This document shows positions 8,436 to 17,357 of a stretch of DNA of 64,000 nt, in pieces. This DNA is from an uncultured Fidelibacterota bacterium (GTDB lineage: Bacteria; Fidelibacterota; Marinisomatia; Marinisomatales; Marinisomataceae): assembly GCA_902629855.1 (NCBI GenBank), contig CACOSI010000001.1, positions 91,846-155,845 on the forward strand. Direction: 5' to 3'. Positions within the stretch are counted from its first letter, which is position 1. Each line of letters opens with the position of its first letter. A program made the position numbers and the translations under genes. The notes beneath the pieces are model-generated. The model searched no databases. It saw only the letters and a program-made list of their open reading frames with translations, and was not told the DNA's origin.

Positions 8436-9433
8436 TTGTTTACAAAAACGACCTTACCAACAACGCCACGTTTTGCAATTCTTTCAATTGCACCCACAGC
8501 GTCGCGCATAGGTATTATTTCTGTAATGTGCGGGGACAACCTTCCTTTTGATACCATCTCACCAATATCTAACATGTTTTTTGAACTTTGTTCAGGCTCC
8601 TCTTTTTGAAACCTTCCAATAAAGACGCCGGAAACAGAACAGCCTTTTAGAAGCATAAGGTTGGCAGGAAAGCTTGGAATTTTACCAGCAGCAAAACCAA
8701 CAACCAGGTAGGTTCCACCCCACTGTATTGATCTTAAAGCAGGCTCAGAGTAACAGTCTCCAAGGGGGTCATAAATTATAGAAAAACCAGAACCCCCACT
8801 TTTTGACTTTAGTTCTTTAGTGAATGACTTTTGACCATCGACAGACAGCTTTTTTTCTCCATAAATCACAACATCATCCACCCCATACTTTGAACAAACC
8901 AAAGCTTTTTCCTTGCTAGACACAGCTGCTACGACACGCGCACCAAAAGCTTTAGCAATATCAACAGCGGCCAAACCTACACCGCCAGCAGCACCTAAAA
9001 TTAAAACGTTATCCTTGCTTGAGATCTTTGCTCTTTGAACTAGCGCGTGAAAACTGGTACCATAAACCATAAAAACACCACCAGCTATATGGTGGGGAAA
9101 GCTCTCAGGAATTTTGAATGCAAGAGCGGTGGGAACTACAATTTTTTCAGCAAAAGCACCAAAACCTTTAAAGAAAGCCACACTATCTCCAACCATAAAG
9201 TTTTTAACATCTTTTCCAACCGAAGAAACAAGACCAGAACCCTCATGCCCGGGCGAAAAGGGAAGGTTTGGCTTAAACTGATAAAGCCCCCTAACTATAA
9301 GATTGTCGGGATAATTAAGGCCAGCCGCTTTTACATCTATTACAATTTCTTTTGGGCCCGCTACCGGGTCTGGCGCTTCTTCCCAAGATAGATCGGAAAC
9401 AGAAGAAAATGTTTTACACATAATTGCTTTCAT
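8432..9433 (-). CDS. NAD(P)H:quinone oxidoreductase-like, medium-chain dehydrogenase/reductase family
   Basis: 333 aa with GHEGSG in the catalytic domain and the Rossmann motif LGAAGGVGLAAVDIAKAFGARVVA. It is the last gene of the purine gene string. Confidence 0.8.
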   Translation of the reverse strand: MKAIMCKTFSSVSDLSWEEAPDPVAGPKEIVIDVKAAGLNYPDNLIVRGLYQFKPNLPFSPGHEGSGLVSSVGKDVKNFMVGDSVAFFKGFGAFAEKIVVPTALAFKIPESFPHHIAGGVFMVYGTSFHALVQRAKISSKDNVLILGAAGGVGLAAVDIAKAFGARVVAAVSSKEKALVCSKYGVDDVVIYGEKKLSVDGQKSFTKELKSKSGGSGFSIIYDPLGDCYSEPALRSIQWGGTYLVVGFAAGKIPSFPANLMLLKGCSVSGVFIGRFQKEEPEQSSKNMLDIGEMVSKGRLSPHITEIIPMRDAVGAIERIAKRGVVGKVVFVNN

Positions 9434-9438
9434 GTTTT

Positions 9439-10935
9439 TTAGTGTTTAAACACCCTATATCCAGTGAAAACCATAGCAATTTTATTTTTATTGCACTCCT
9501 TTATAACCTCATTGTCTCTTATAGAGCCGCCCGGCTGTAGAACCATAGACACCCCGAACCTTGCCATAGTTTCTATCGAATCTTTAAACGGGAAAAAGGC
9601 GTCGGAGGCGACAACACAACCCTTTGGAATTTCTGTTTTATTAAAAGCAATGTTGGTGGCGTCAACACGGCTTGTTTGGCCACCAGAAATACTAATAATT
9701 TTATTATTTTTTGCAACAACAATAGCGTTTGACTTTGTGTGCTTAACCACCTTCCAGGCAAGAAGAGCAGTTGATGTTTGGAGAGAGGTCGGCTTCTTTT
9801 TTGTAACATAAGCAAGATCACTTTTTCTTAAAACAGAGACATCGCTTTCTTGTCCAAGGCTTCCACCTGCGATGGTTTTGATTGAAAAATGAGGAGGAGA
9901 AAAACGCCCAACTGATAAAACGCGAAGATTTTTCTTTTTTGAAAAAACATCTAAAGCCTTTTTATCAAAAGAGGGAGCTATTATTATTTCGTAAAATGTT
10001 TTATTAAGTTTTTTTGCGAGACCGTAACCACACCTTTTGTTAAGGGCAACGACTCCACCAAAAGCAGAAAGGCTGTCAACATCTAAAGCCTTGCTGTATG
10101 CTTCTTTAAGGTTTTTGCCAACACCAACACCACAAGGCGAGTTGTGTTTCACTATTACACAGGCAGGTTCTTTTTTAAACTCAGCTAAACACATGAGAGC
10201 TGCATCGCCATCAAGATAGTTGTTATAAGAAAGAGCTTTTCCTTGAATTTTTTTTGATTGGGGAAGGCCCCTTGATTCTCCCTTAAAACCAGCAACAAAT
10301 GCTTTTTGGTGAGGGTTTTCACCGTACCTCAACGTTGAGTCGCCCACTTTGTTTTCTGACAATACATCATAAATTTTTGAATCGTACTCTGCACAATGGC
10401 CAAACGCCTTTTTTGAAAGATTAAAGCGCGTGTCGTAAGAAATTCCACCCTCCTTAATTTCTTTTCTAACAACCTTAAAGTCGTTCGGATCAACCACAAC
10501 GCTGACCCATTTGTGATTTTTTGCCGCAGCCCTTATCATGGTTGGTCCACCAATATCAATATTTTCTATTTTTTCTTCAAGAGAAGAGCTTGGATTTTTT
10601 GCAACAGATGAAAAAGGATAAAGGTTGCAGACAACTAAATCAATCCAACCAACTCCATTATTTGACGCCTCCTTTGAGTGTATGTCCCTTTGTCCAAGTA
10701 TGCCGCCAGCAACATATGGGCTTAGCGTTTTAACTCTGCCGTCGAAGATTTCTGGAAACTTTGTAATGGAGGAAATTTTTATAACAGGAATACCCCCAGA
10801 CCTAATCATTTTGGCCGTACCGCCAGTGGCAATGATTTTTACTTTATTTTTATGTAAAAACCTTACAAAAGGAAGCAAGCCGCCTTTGTCTGACACTGAA
10901 ATAAGAGCAGTTTTCGGTAATAAGCTTTCTTTCAT
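9439..10935 (-). CDS. purH: bifunctional AICAR transformylase / IMP cyclohydrolase
   Basis: 498 aa with an MGS-like N-terminus (ALISVSDK…ATGGTAK), an AICARFT domain, and the C-terminus …FTGYRVFKH. Confidence 0.95.
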   Translation of the reverse strand: MKESLLPKTALISVSDKGGLLPFVRFLHKNKVKIIATGGTAKMIRSGGIPVIKISSITKFPEIFDGRVKTLSPYVAGGILGQRDIHSKEASNNGVGWIDLVVCNLYPFSSVAKNPSSSLEEKIENIDIGGPTMIRAAAKNHKWVSVVVDPNDFKVVRKEIKEGGISYDTRFNLSKKAFGHCAEYDSKIYDVLSENKVGDSTLRYGENPHQKAFVAGFKGESRGLPQSKKIQGKALSYNNYLDGDAALMCLAEFKKEPACVIVKHNSPCGVGVGKNLKEAYSKALDVDSLSAFGGVVALNKRCGYGLAKKLNKTFYEIIIAPSFDKKALDVFSKKKNLRVLSVGRFSPPHFSIKTIAGGSLGQESDVSVLRKSDLAYVTKKKPTSLQTSTALLAWKVVKHTKSNAIVVAKNNKIISISGGQTSRVDATNIAFNKTEIPKGCVVASDAFFPFKDSIETMARFGVSMVLQPGGSIRDNEVIKECNKNKIAMVFTGYRVFKH

Positions 10936-11327
10936 TCTATTTCAGGAAGGTCTGGAACGCTTTTGTTCATGAGCTTGTTTCTATAGGCTAAACCAACCAA
11001 AGCTAGCGACAACAGCGCAACCGACGCAGAAAGATATAAAGAATCAATCCCCTTTACATCCTCAAAAGAAATGTGTCTTGCAAGAGCAAACATACCAATG
11101 TAAAGCGGATATCTTACAGGAATTTTTCCTGTTGAAAAAAAGATGTTTACCATCTGCATAATCTCTAAATAAATAAACAACATTAAAACGCTCTCGACCC
11201 TTAGGCCACCTCCCGTGAAAGTGCTGCTTATTTCATTTATACAAAGCATAAGAACCATACCCAGAATTACCAGGTGTAACACCTTTTCTATTGATGAAAT
11301 AAAAGTAAAAAATATATTATTGTTCAT
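10932..11327 (-). CDS. small integral membrane protein, PsiE-like (tentative)
   Basis: 131 aa with four hydrophobic helices. The segment …LFIYLEIMQMV…IPVRYPLYIGMFALARHI… resembles my recollection of phosphate-starvation-inducible PsiE. It overlaps purN (11 nt) and purH (4 nt). Confidence 0.45.
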   Translation of the reverse strand: MNNNIFFTFISSIEKVLHLVILGMVLMLCINEISSTFTGGGLRVESVLMLFIYLEIMQMVNIFFSTGKIPVRYPLYIGMFALARHISFEDVKGIDSLYLSASVALLSLALVGLAYRNKLMNKSVPDLPEIE

Positions 11328-11895
11328 TTTTCCTCCAATTTTTAATTACCTCAACAAAAGCCTCACCTTCGAGCTTTTGAACCCGTTTTTTTAGGGACTC
11401 CACGCTGTCTCCTTCAAAAACAGGGCAAGAACGCTGAAGAAGGATGGGGCCCTCATCAACCTCCGGAGTAACAAGGTGAATGGTACAGCCTGTCTCCGAG
11501 TCTTTATTTAAAAGAACCTGTTCGTGTACCGAGTTGTTCATTCCTCCAGCATACTTTGGAAGCAAAGAAGGATGAACATTAACAACCTTACCCCTCCACT
11601 TATTTACAAAAGAAGATGACAAAATACGCATAAAGCCAATTAACAAAATTAAATCAACTTCTTTTTGTTTTAAAATTTCAGACATTTCTGCATCAAAAAC
11701 ATCACGTTTTTTATCTTTATGTGAAATAAAATGACGATCGATACCAAATTTTTCAGCTTTTTTCAGTATTCCAGACTCGGCATTGTTAGAAATTATGACA
11801 CAGACATTTGCGCTAAGTTTGCCTTCGCGAATTGCACCAACAATTGGAACCAGGTCGGTGCCATTGGTAGAGCCTAAAACAGCAACTCTTATCAT
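11317..11895 (-). CDS. purN: phosphoribosylglycinamide formyltransferase
   Basis: 192 aa with IRVAVLGSTNGTDL and the formyltransferase motif NVHPSLLP. Confidence 0.93.
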   Translation of the reverse strand: MIRVAVLGSTNGTDLVPIVGAIREGKLSANVCVIISNNAESGILKKAEKFGIDRHFISHKDKKRDVFDAEMSEILKQKEVDLILLIGFMRILSSSFVNKWRGKVVNVHPSLLPKYAGGMNNSVHEQVLLNKDSETGCTIHLVTPEVDEGPILLQRSCPVFEGDSVESLKKRVQKLEGEAFVEVIKNWRKNEQ

Positions 11896-13199
11896 CCCAA
11901 GATCTCCTGCATCCTTTTAACCCTAGATTCAATAAGCTCTTCTGTTCCAATGTCCTTGCGGTGAAATAGGTTGCCCGAAACCTCCCTTATACCTTCCTCC
12001 GAAAGTTTTTCAGCCTCTTTTATGTGCTGGCTTTTTCCAACATAAGCAGCGGTGCGAGAGCCCCCAGCCCTTAATTCTTTACCTTCGCTTTTAACAGATG
12101 CAAGATATAGGTTTTTATTATCAACATCACAACCAACCAAAAATCCCTTTTCTGGTTTGTTGGGATATCCCAAGGGAACAGCATACTTACAAACAGTTGA
12201 AAGGCTATCGAATTGCACATCAACACCAGATAAAGACTCGTTCATAATTGATAGACAAATCTCTAAAAAATCAGTTTTTAAAATGCTCAAAACATTCATG
12301 GCCTCAGGGTCGCCAAACCTAGCGTTATATTCAATAACTTTTATGCCCTGTCGGGTTAGCATAAAACCACCATACAAAATACCTACAAAGGGAGTGCCTG
12401 TATTTTTATGGAGCTCTTTAGCAACCAACTCATTTGTTTTTTGTGCTTCGCTGATATGGCTCTCTTTAAGAAACGGCAAACCATGATCTGAAAAAGAGTA
12501 TGTTCCCATTCCACCTGTGTTTGGGCCTCGGTCACCCTCAAAAGCCCTTTTGTGGTCTTGAACAAGGGGCATGTGTTTGCAAGTTTTTCCATCGCAAAAG
12601 CTCATTAAAGAAAACTCTTCACCAACCAACTTTTCTTCAATTAAAAAACTACCACCACCCCGAATAATGTCATTTGCATAATCTAACCCTTCTTCTGGGG
12701 AAGCAAGGTGTTCGCCAGAAATCTTTACACCTTTTCCACCCATGAGGCCATCATATTTAATAACATAGTTTTCGCCAAGCTCATTAATAAAATCAAGCAC
12801 AGAACTTGTATTATGAAACTCTTTTCTTTTGGGGTTTTTGTTTTTATCACAAAGATCGATTATTTTTCTAGCAAAGGCTTTGCTAGTTTCAATTAACGCA
12901 ACCTCTTTTTTGGGACCAACGGAAAAAATTCCAGCAGCATCAAGAGCATTTACCAAGCCCAGGGCAAGAGGGTTTTCTGGCCCAACAATAACTAGGTCAA
13001 TTCTTTTTAAGGAGGCATAACTAACTATTTTTTCTACTTGATCTAATGGTGATATGAAATAATCAACACACAAGCTAGAAACTTGGGGGTTAGAGTCTGG
13101 AGAAACACAAAAAAGCGAATTCTCAATTTTGCTATCAGAAACCTTTCGTGCAATTGCTACTTCTCTTGCGCCTGAGCCAACAATGAGAACATTTTTCAT
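11892..13199 (-). CDS. purD: phosphoribosylamine-glycine ligase
   Basis: 435 aa with an ATP-grasp GARS sequence (…DRGPNTGGMG…). Confidence 0.93.
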   Translation of the reverse strand: MKNVLIVGSGAREVAIARKVSDSKIENSLFCVSPDSNPQVSSLCVDYFISPLDQVEKIVSYASLKRIDLVIVGPENPLALGLVNALDAAGIFSVGPKKEVALIETSKAFARKIIDLCDKNKNPKRKEFHNTSSVLDFINELGENYVIKYDGLMGGKGVKISGEHLASPEEGLDYANDIIRGGGSFLIEEKLVGEEFSLMSFCDGKTCKHMPLVQDHKRAFEGDRGPNTGGMGTYSFSDHGLPFLKESHISEAQKTNELVAKELHKNTGTPFVGILYGGFMLTRQGIKVIEYNARFGDPEAMNVLSILKTDFLEICLSIMNESLSGVDVQFDSLSTVCKYAVPLGYPNKPEKGFLVGCDVDNKNLYLASVKSEGKELRAGGSRTAAYVGKSQHIKEAEKLSEEGIREVSGNLFHRKDIGTEELIESRVKRMQEILG

Positions 13200-14644
13200 T
13201 CTGAAGAAGGTCTTTTGTTTTCGAGGTTTTTAAGATATTCTTCTGAAATTTTACCAGCTTTATACTCACCGGTAAAGACAGAATCTTCAAAGCTGGTTAT
13301 CTTTGGATTTCCAATATGAGCAGCCATCCTTAGGTCTTCAATATCCTGATAAATAAGTTCGTCAGCGCCCATAAAATTCTTTATTTCATCTACGGTTTTA
13401 CCGTGAGCGATCAACTCTTTGGTGGCAGGCATATCTATTCCGTAAACATTTTGATATCTTACGGGAGGAGCAGCGGAAGCAAAATAAACATTTTTTGCTC
13501 CATTTTTTCTAACCATTTCTATAATTTTTTTTGATGTATTGCCACGAACGATAGAATCATCAACAAGCAAAACATTTTTGTTTTTGAACTCAATCTCTAT
13601 AGGGCTCAACTTATGTGCAACAGACCTTTTTCTAATGCTTTGTCCTGGCATAATAAAGGTTCTACCAATGTACCTGTTTTTAATAAACCCCTCCCTATAT
13701 TTAACGCCCAACTTATAGGCAACCTGCATAGCAGAGGTTCTGCTCGTATCTGGAACAGGAATAACGGCATCAATATTAAGGTGAGAATATTCTTTTAAAA
13801 TTTTTTCCCCTAAATAGTCCCCCATTCGAAGCCTTGACTTGTGCACAGATATAGAATCAATAACAGAGTCTGGTCTTGAGAAATAAACAAATTCGAATAG
13901 GCAGGGGGAGTGATTGATTTTTTTTGAGCATATCTTAGACTCTAAATCCCCACTTTCCGATATTATTATAACCTCCCCAGGAGAAACATCCCTTTCAAAC
14001 TTATATCCCATTGCACTCAAAGCAGAGCTTTCAGATGCAACCATATGAGAGTCACCGCTTTTCCCAACCACCAAGGGCCTAATGCCATTAGAGTCTCTGA
14101 AAGAAACAATTCCAATGCCACCAACAAGCATTGTTACAGCAAACCCACCCTCGCAACGATCATAGACGTTCTTGAGAGCGGCATAAACGTGTTTGTTTTC
14201 GAGCTTATCAAACCCTGTTTTCGAAAGCTCATATGCAATCAGATTCAAAAGTACCTCAGAGTCCGACTGTGTATTGAACTGACAAAAATGTGTATCCAGT
14301 AGAAAAGACCTCATTTCTTCACTGTTTGTAAGCGTACCATTGTGAGCCAAAGAAATGTTAACAGGGTTTGCTGAATAAAAAGGTTGGGCCTCAGAAACGT
14401 CCGAGCAGCCGGCGGTTGGATACCTAACGTGTCCAATGCCTAGGTTGCCCTTAAGCCCCAAAGACTCGTTTGTTTTAAAAACCTCGGTAACCACACCAAG
14501 CTCTTTGTGCATTGAAAGTTTTTTTTGATCCCAAACGGCTATACCCGCGGCATCTTGGCCGCGATGCTGCACCTGGATTAGGGCATCATAAATTTCCCCC
14601 ACAACATCATTCTTGGGGTGATAAAGACCGATAATACCACACAT
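13196..14644 (-). CDS. purF: amidophosphoribosyltransferase
   Basis: Ntn nucleophile MCGIIG and the PRTase motif VLLVDDSIVRGNTS. Confidence 0.95.
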   Translation of the reverse strand: MCGIIGLYHPKNDVVGEIYDALIQVQHRGQDAAGIAVWDQKKLSMHKELGVVTEVFKTNESLGLKGNLGIGHVRYPTAGCSDVSEAQPFYSANPVNISLAHNGTLTNSEEMRSFLLDTHFCQFNTQSDSEVLLNLIAYELSKTGFDKLENKHVYAALKNVYDRCEGGFAVTMLVGGIGIVSFRDSNGIRPLVVGKSGDSHMVASESSALSAMGYKFERDVSPGEVIIISESGDLESKICSKKINHSPCLFEFVYFSRPDSVIDSISVHKSRLRMGDYLGEKILKEYSHLNIDAVIPVPDTSRTSAMQVAYKLGVKYREGFIKNRYIGRTFIMPGQSIRKRSVAHKLSPIEIEFKNKNVLLVDDSIVRGNTSKKIIEMVRKNGAKNVYFASAAPPVRYQNVYGIDMPATKELIAHGKTVDEIKNFMGADELIYQDIEDLRMAAHIGNPKITSFEDSVFTGEYKAGKISEEYLKNLENKRPSSE

Positions 14645-15994
14645 CTATAGGTCTCCTAACAGCATTTCTATTTCGCCTAGATATTTGTCTGGGGACAAAG
14701 ACAAAAGAGCATCTACGTCTTTTTTTGGCAAATCAAGATCACTAACCATAGAACGATAAGAGTTTTGGTCTAATGGTTTTCCGCGAGTAAGTTTTTTAAT
14801 TTTTTCATACGCATCAATATGTCCAGACTTTCTTAAAACCGTTTGAACTGCTTCTGCCAAGACGCTCCAGTTGTTTTGAAGCTCATAAGAGGCTTGTTTT
14901 TTGTTGACAGCTAGCCTTGAAATTCCGTTTGAAAGGTTTTTATATGCAAGTAGAGAGTGAGCAAAACCTACACCAATATTCCTAAACACAGTGCTACCAC
15001 TTAAATCCCTTTGCAGGCGAGACCTGGTAATGCGTGTTGCAAGAAAATTAAAATTATTATTTGCCAGCTCAAGGTTTCCTTCTGCGTTTTCAAAGAAAAT
15101 AGGATTTATTTTATGTGGCATAGTGCTAGAGCCAACTTCACCAACCTTATTTTTTTGAATAAAAATATTTCTACTTATGTAAAGCCACATATCAACAGCA
15201 AAGTCTGTTAAAATATTATTAAGCCTGACGTAAGAATGAAGGTGTTCGGCTAATGAGTCTGCGGGTTCTACCTGAGTAGTAATTGGGTTTTGCACCAAAC
15301 CTAAGGAGCTAATAAATTTTTTAGAAAAAGATCTCCAAGAAAATTGTGGAAAAGCGGCACTGTGAGCAGCATAGGATCCTGTTGCTCCAGATAGTTTGGC
15401 TAAAAAGCGTGCCGAAGAAATTTGAGAGAGCTGTCTTTCCGCCCTAACTAAAAAAACAGCCATTTCTTTTCCAAGCGTAGTTGTTGTCGCCGGCTGTCCG
15501 TGTGTTAAAGAAAGCATAGGAAGAGAGGCATGTTTTTTTGATAGCTTTCTTAGTTCTCCTAATATTTTTTTTATTTCAGGAACCATAACACCATCTCTAG
15601 CCTCTTTAACCATCAAAGAATAAGCGGTATTATTAATATCTTCTGAGGTTAGTCCAAAATGAACAAGAGGAACAAGGTCTTTGCGGTTAATTTCAGCCAA
15701 CCTTTTCGATATAAAGACAACAACAGCGTTTACATCGTGTTTTGTTTTTGCTTCAATCCTTTTTATTTGATTAAAGTCTTTGGGAGAAAAACTTTCAAAA
15801 AGACCAACAAGGAATTCAAGGTCCTTTTTTCTTAAAGGCTTTGTTTTTTTGAAAGACTTGTGATTACAAAGACTTACTAAATATCTAACCTCAACAAGAA
15901 CTCGATAGCGCATGAGTGCCTGCTCTGAAAAATAGTTGTTGAGCTCAGAAACGTTCTTTTTGTATCTCCCGTCAATTGGAGAAATACTGCTCAT
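14645..15994 (-). CDS. purB: adenylosuccinate lyase
   Basis: 449 aa with the fumarate-lyase signature GSSTMPHKINP. Confidence 0.95.
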   Translation of the reverse strand: MSSISPIDGRYKKNVSELNNYFSEQALMRYRVLVEVRYLVSLCNHKSFKKTKPLRKKDLEFLVGLFESFSPKDFNQIKRIEAKTKHDVNAVVVFISKRLAEINRKDLVPLVHFGLTSEDINNTAYSLMVKEARDGVMVPEIKKILGELRKLSKKHASLPMLSLTHGQPATTTTLGKEMAVFLVRAERQLSQISSARFLAKLSGATGSYAAHSAAFPQFSWRSFSKKFISSLGLVQNPITTQVEPADSLAEHLHSYVRLNNILTDFAVDMWLYISRNIFIQKNKVGEVGSSTMPHKINPIFFENAEGNLELANNNFNFLATRITRSRLQRDLSGSTVFRNIGVGFAHSLLAYKNLSNGISRLAVNKKQASYELQNNWSVLAEAVQTVLRKSGHIDAYEKIKKLTRGKPLDQNSYRSMVSDLDLPKKDVDALLSLSPDKYLGEIEMLLGDL

Positions 15995-16386
15995 AATGAA
16001 CCAAGGCTTAATATTCTGTGAACGGCAAGCGCACAGTTTCCAGGATCAAGCACTGTTAAAACAGGTGTTTTGCTAGGCATTTGAAGTGTTGAGTGTATAT
16101 TAATGCTCATATCAACCTTATCTGCAAATGGTGGACATCCAATTGTTGGTTTCTCACTGTTTGCTGCAACAAAGCCAGAAAGAGCGTTAGATCTTCCAGC
16201 TATTGTTACAAAAACAACAGCATCTTCTTTTTTAAAAGAACGTATAATTTCAAGAACCCTCTCTGGGTTTTTGTGAGCTGAGGCGGCGTGTACTTCGTGT
16301 CCAACTCCGAACTCATCTAAGACACTCGTGATTTTGTCTGCGTGGCCCTGGTCAGAAGTAGAGCCCATAATTATAACTGCTTTCAT
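15991..16386 (-). CDS. purE: AIR carboxylase PurE, class II-like (direct CO2-dependent, PAICS-type)
   Basis: 131 aa: IIMGSTSDQGHADKI…SAHKNPERV…VFVTIAGRSNALSGFVAANSEKPTIGCPP…VLDPGNCALAVHRILSL. This tracks the AIRc domain of human PAICS as I recall it (LMGSTSDLGHCEKI…SAHKGPDETL…AVAGRSNGLGP…PVISCPP). It does not match the class I AGGAAHLPG motif. Confidence 0.85.
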   Translation of the reverse strand: MKAVIIMGSTSDQGHADKITSVLDEFGVGHEVHAASAHKNPERVLEIIRSFKKEDAVVFVTIAGRSNALSGFVAANSEKPTIGCPPFADKVDMSINIHSTLQMPSKTPVLTVLDPGNCALAVHRILSLGSL

Positions 16387-17357
16387 AATAGTTCCTTAAT
16401 GTTGTCTGTTATTCTTTGATCAATATTTTTCAAATCTGGAAAAATAAACTTTTCTCCTGTAATAAGCTCATATAGCAATATATATCTAGCAGAGAGCTCT
16501 GCAACTAAATCATCTGGAGCTTCAGGCAATACGTCATCATTATAAGGATCACAGTTTTTAGCAAACCAAAGACGTAAAAATTCTTTATCAATATTTTCTG
16601 GCTCTTCACCGTTTTCAATTCGAGACTTGTAGGAATCAGCAATCCAAAACCTGCTTGAATCCGGGGTATGGATTTCGTCAACAAACTTAATTCGGCCCGA
16701 AGAATCTTTACCAATCTCATATTTTGTGTCTACAAGGATTAAACCATTTTCTTTCGCGGTTTTTTGACCAAAAGCAAACAAATCAAGGCTCATTTTTGCA
16801 GCAAAATCATAATCCTCTTCCGACATGAGACCAAGATCAATAATTTCTTCTCTAGAAACCGGCCTATCATGAATTTTATCTTTTGTGGTCGGCGTAAGCA
16901 TTGCAACATCAAGCCTATCGTTCTTTTTTAAACCCTCAGGAAGCTTGTTCCCGCAATATTCCCTATCTCCTTTATTATAAACTGTCCAAAGCGAAGTGTC
17001 CGTTGTTCCCGTTATGTAACCTCTTACAACAAACTCCACTGGAAAAACTTCACACTTTTCAACAATTGAAACGTTGGGGTCTGGTGTAGATATTAAATGG
17101 TTGGGGAAAAGGTGTTGGGTTTTTTTAAACCACCAAGCACTTACAGAATTTAAAACAGCACCCTTGTATGGAATGGCAGCAAGAACACGGTCAAAGGCGC
17201 TTTGTCTGTCTGTCGAAATCATTACCACTTTGTCATCGAGAAAATACGCGTCCCTTACTTTACCAACTTTTTTATTTGGAGCGCTAATATTGGTATCCTG
17301 AATTGTATTATTCAGGTTTTCGTTAATTTCCTGATAATATTTTTTGTCAATATTCAT
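16383..17357 (-). CDS. purC: SAICAR synthetase, long (yeast Ade1-like) form
   Basis: GKVRDAYFLDDKVVMISTDRQSAFDRV…, VEFVVRGYITG…, LVDTKYEIG…DEIHTPDSSRFW. I chose ATG 17357 (MNIDKKYY…); the track's start at 17384 is a TTG extension. Confidence 0.92.
   Translation of the reverse strand: MNIDKKYYQEINENLNNTIQDTNISAPNKKVGKVRDAYFLDDKVVMISTDRQSAFDRVLAAIPYKGAVLNSVSAWWFKKTQHLFPNHLISTPDPNVSIVEKCEVFPVEFVVRGYITGTTDTSLWTVYNKGDREYCGNKLPEGLKKNDRLDVAMLTPTTKDKIHDRPVSREEIIDLGLMSEEDYDFAAKMSLDLFAFGQKTAKENGLILVDTKYEIGKDSSGRIKFVDEIHTPDSSRFWIADSYKSRIENGEEPENIDKEFLRLWFAKNCDPYNDDVLPEAPDDLVAELSARYILLYELITGEKFIFPDLKNIDQRITDNIKELL

Noticed and set aside
12052-12486. 144-aa plus-strand ORF
   Set aside because: It is antisense within purD. 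The same reasoning applies to 9047-9391 (in qor), 9464-9811 and 10625-10972 (in purH), 18227-18577 (in purQ) and 21463-21789 (in purL).
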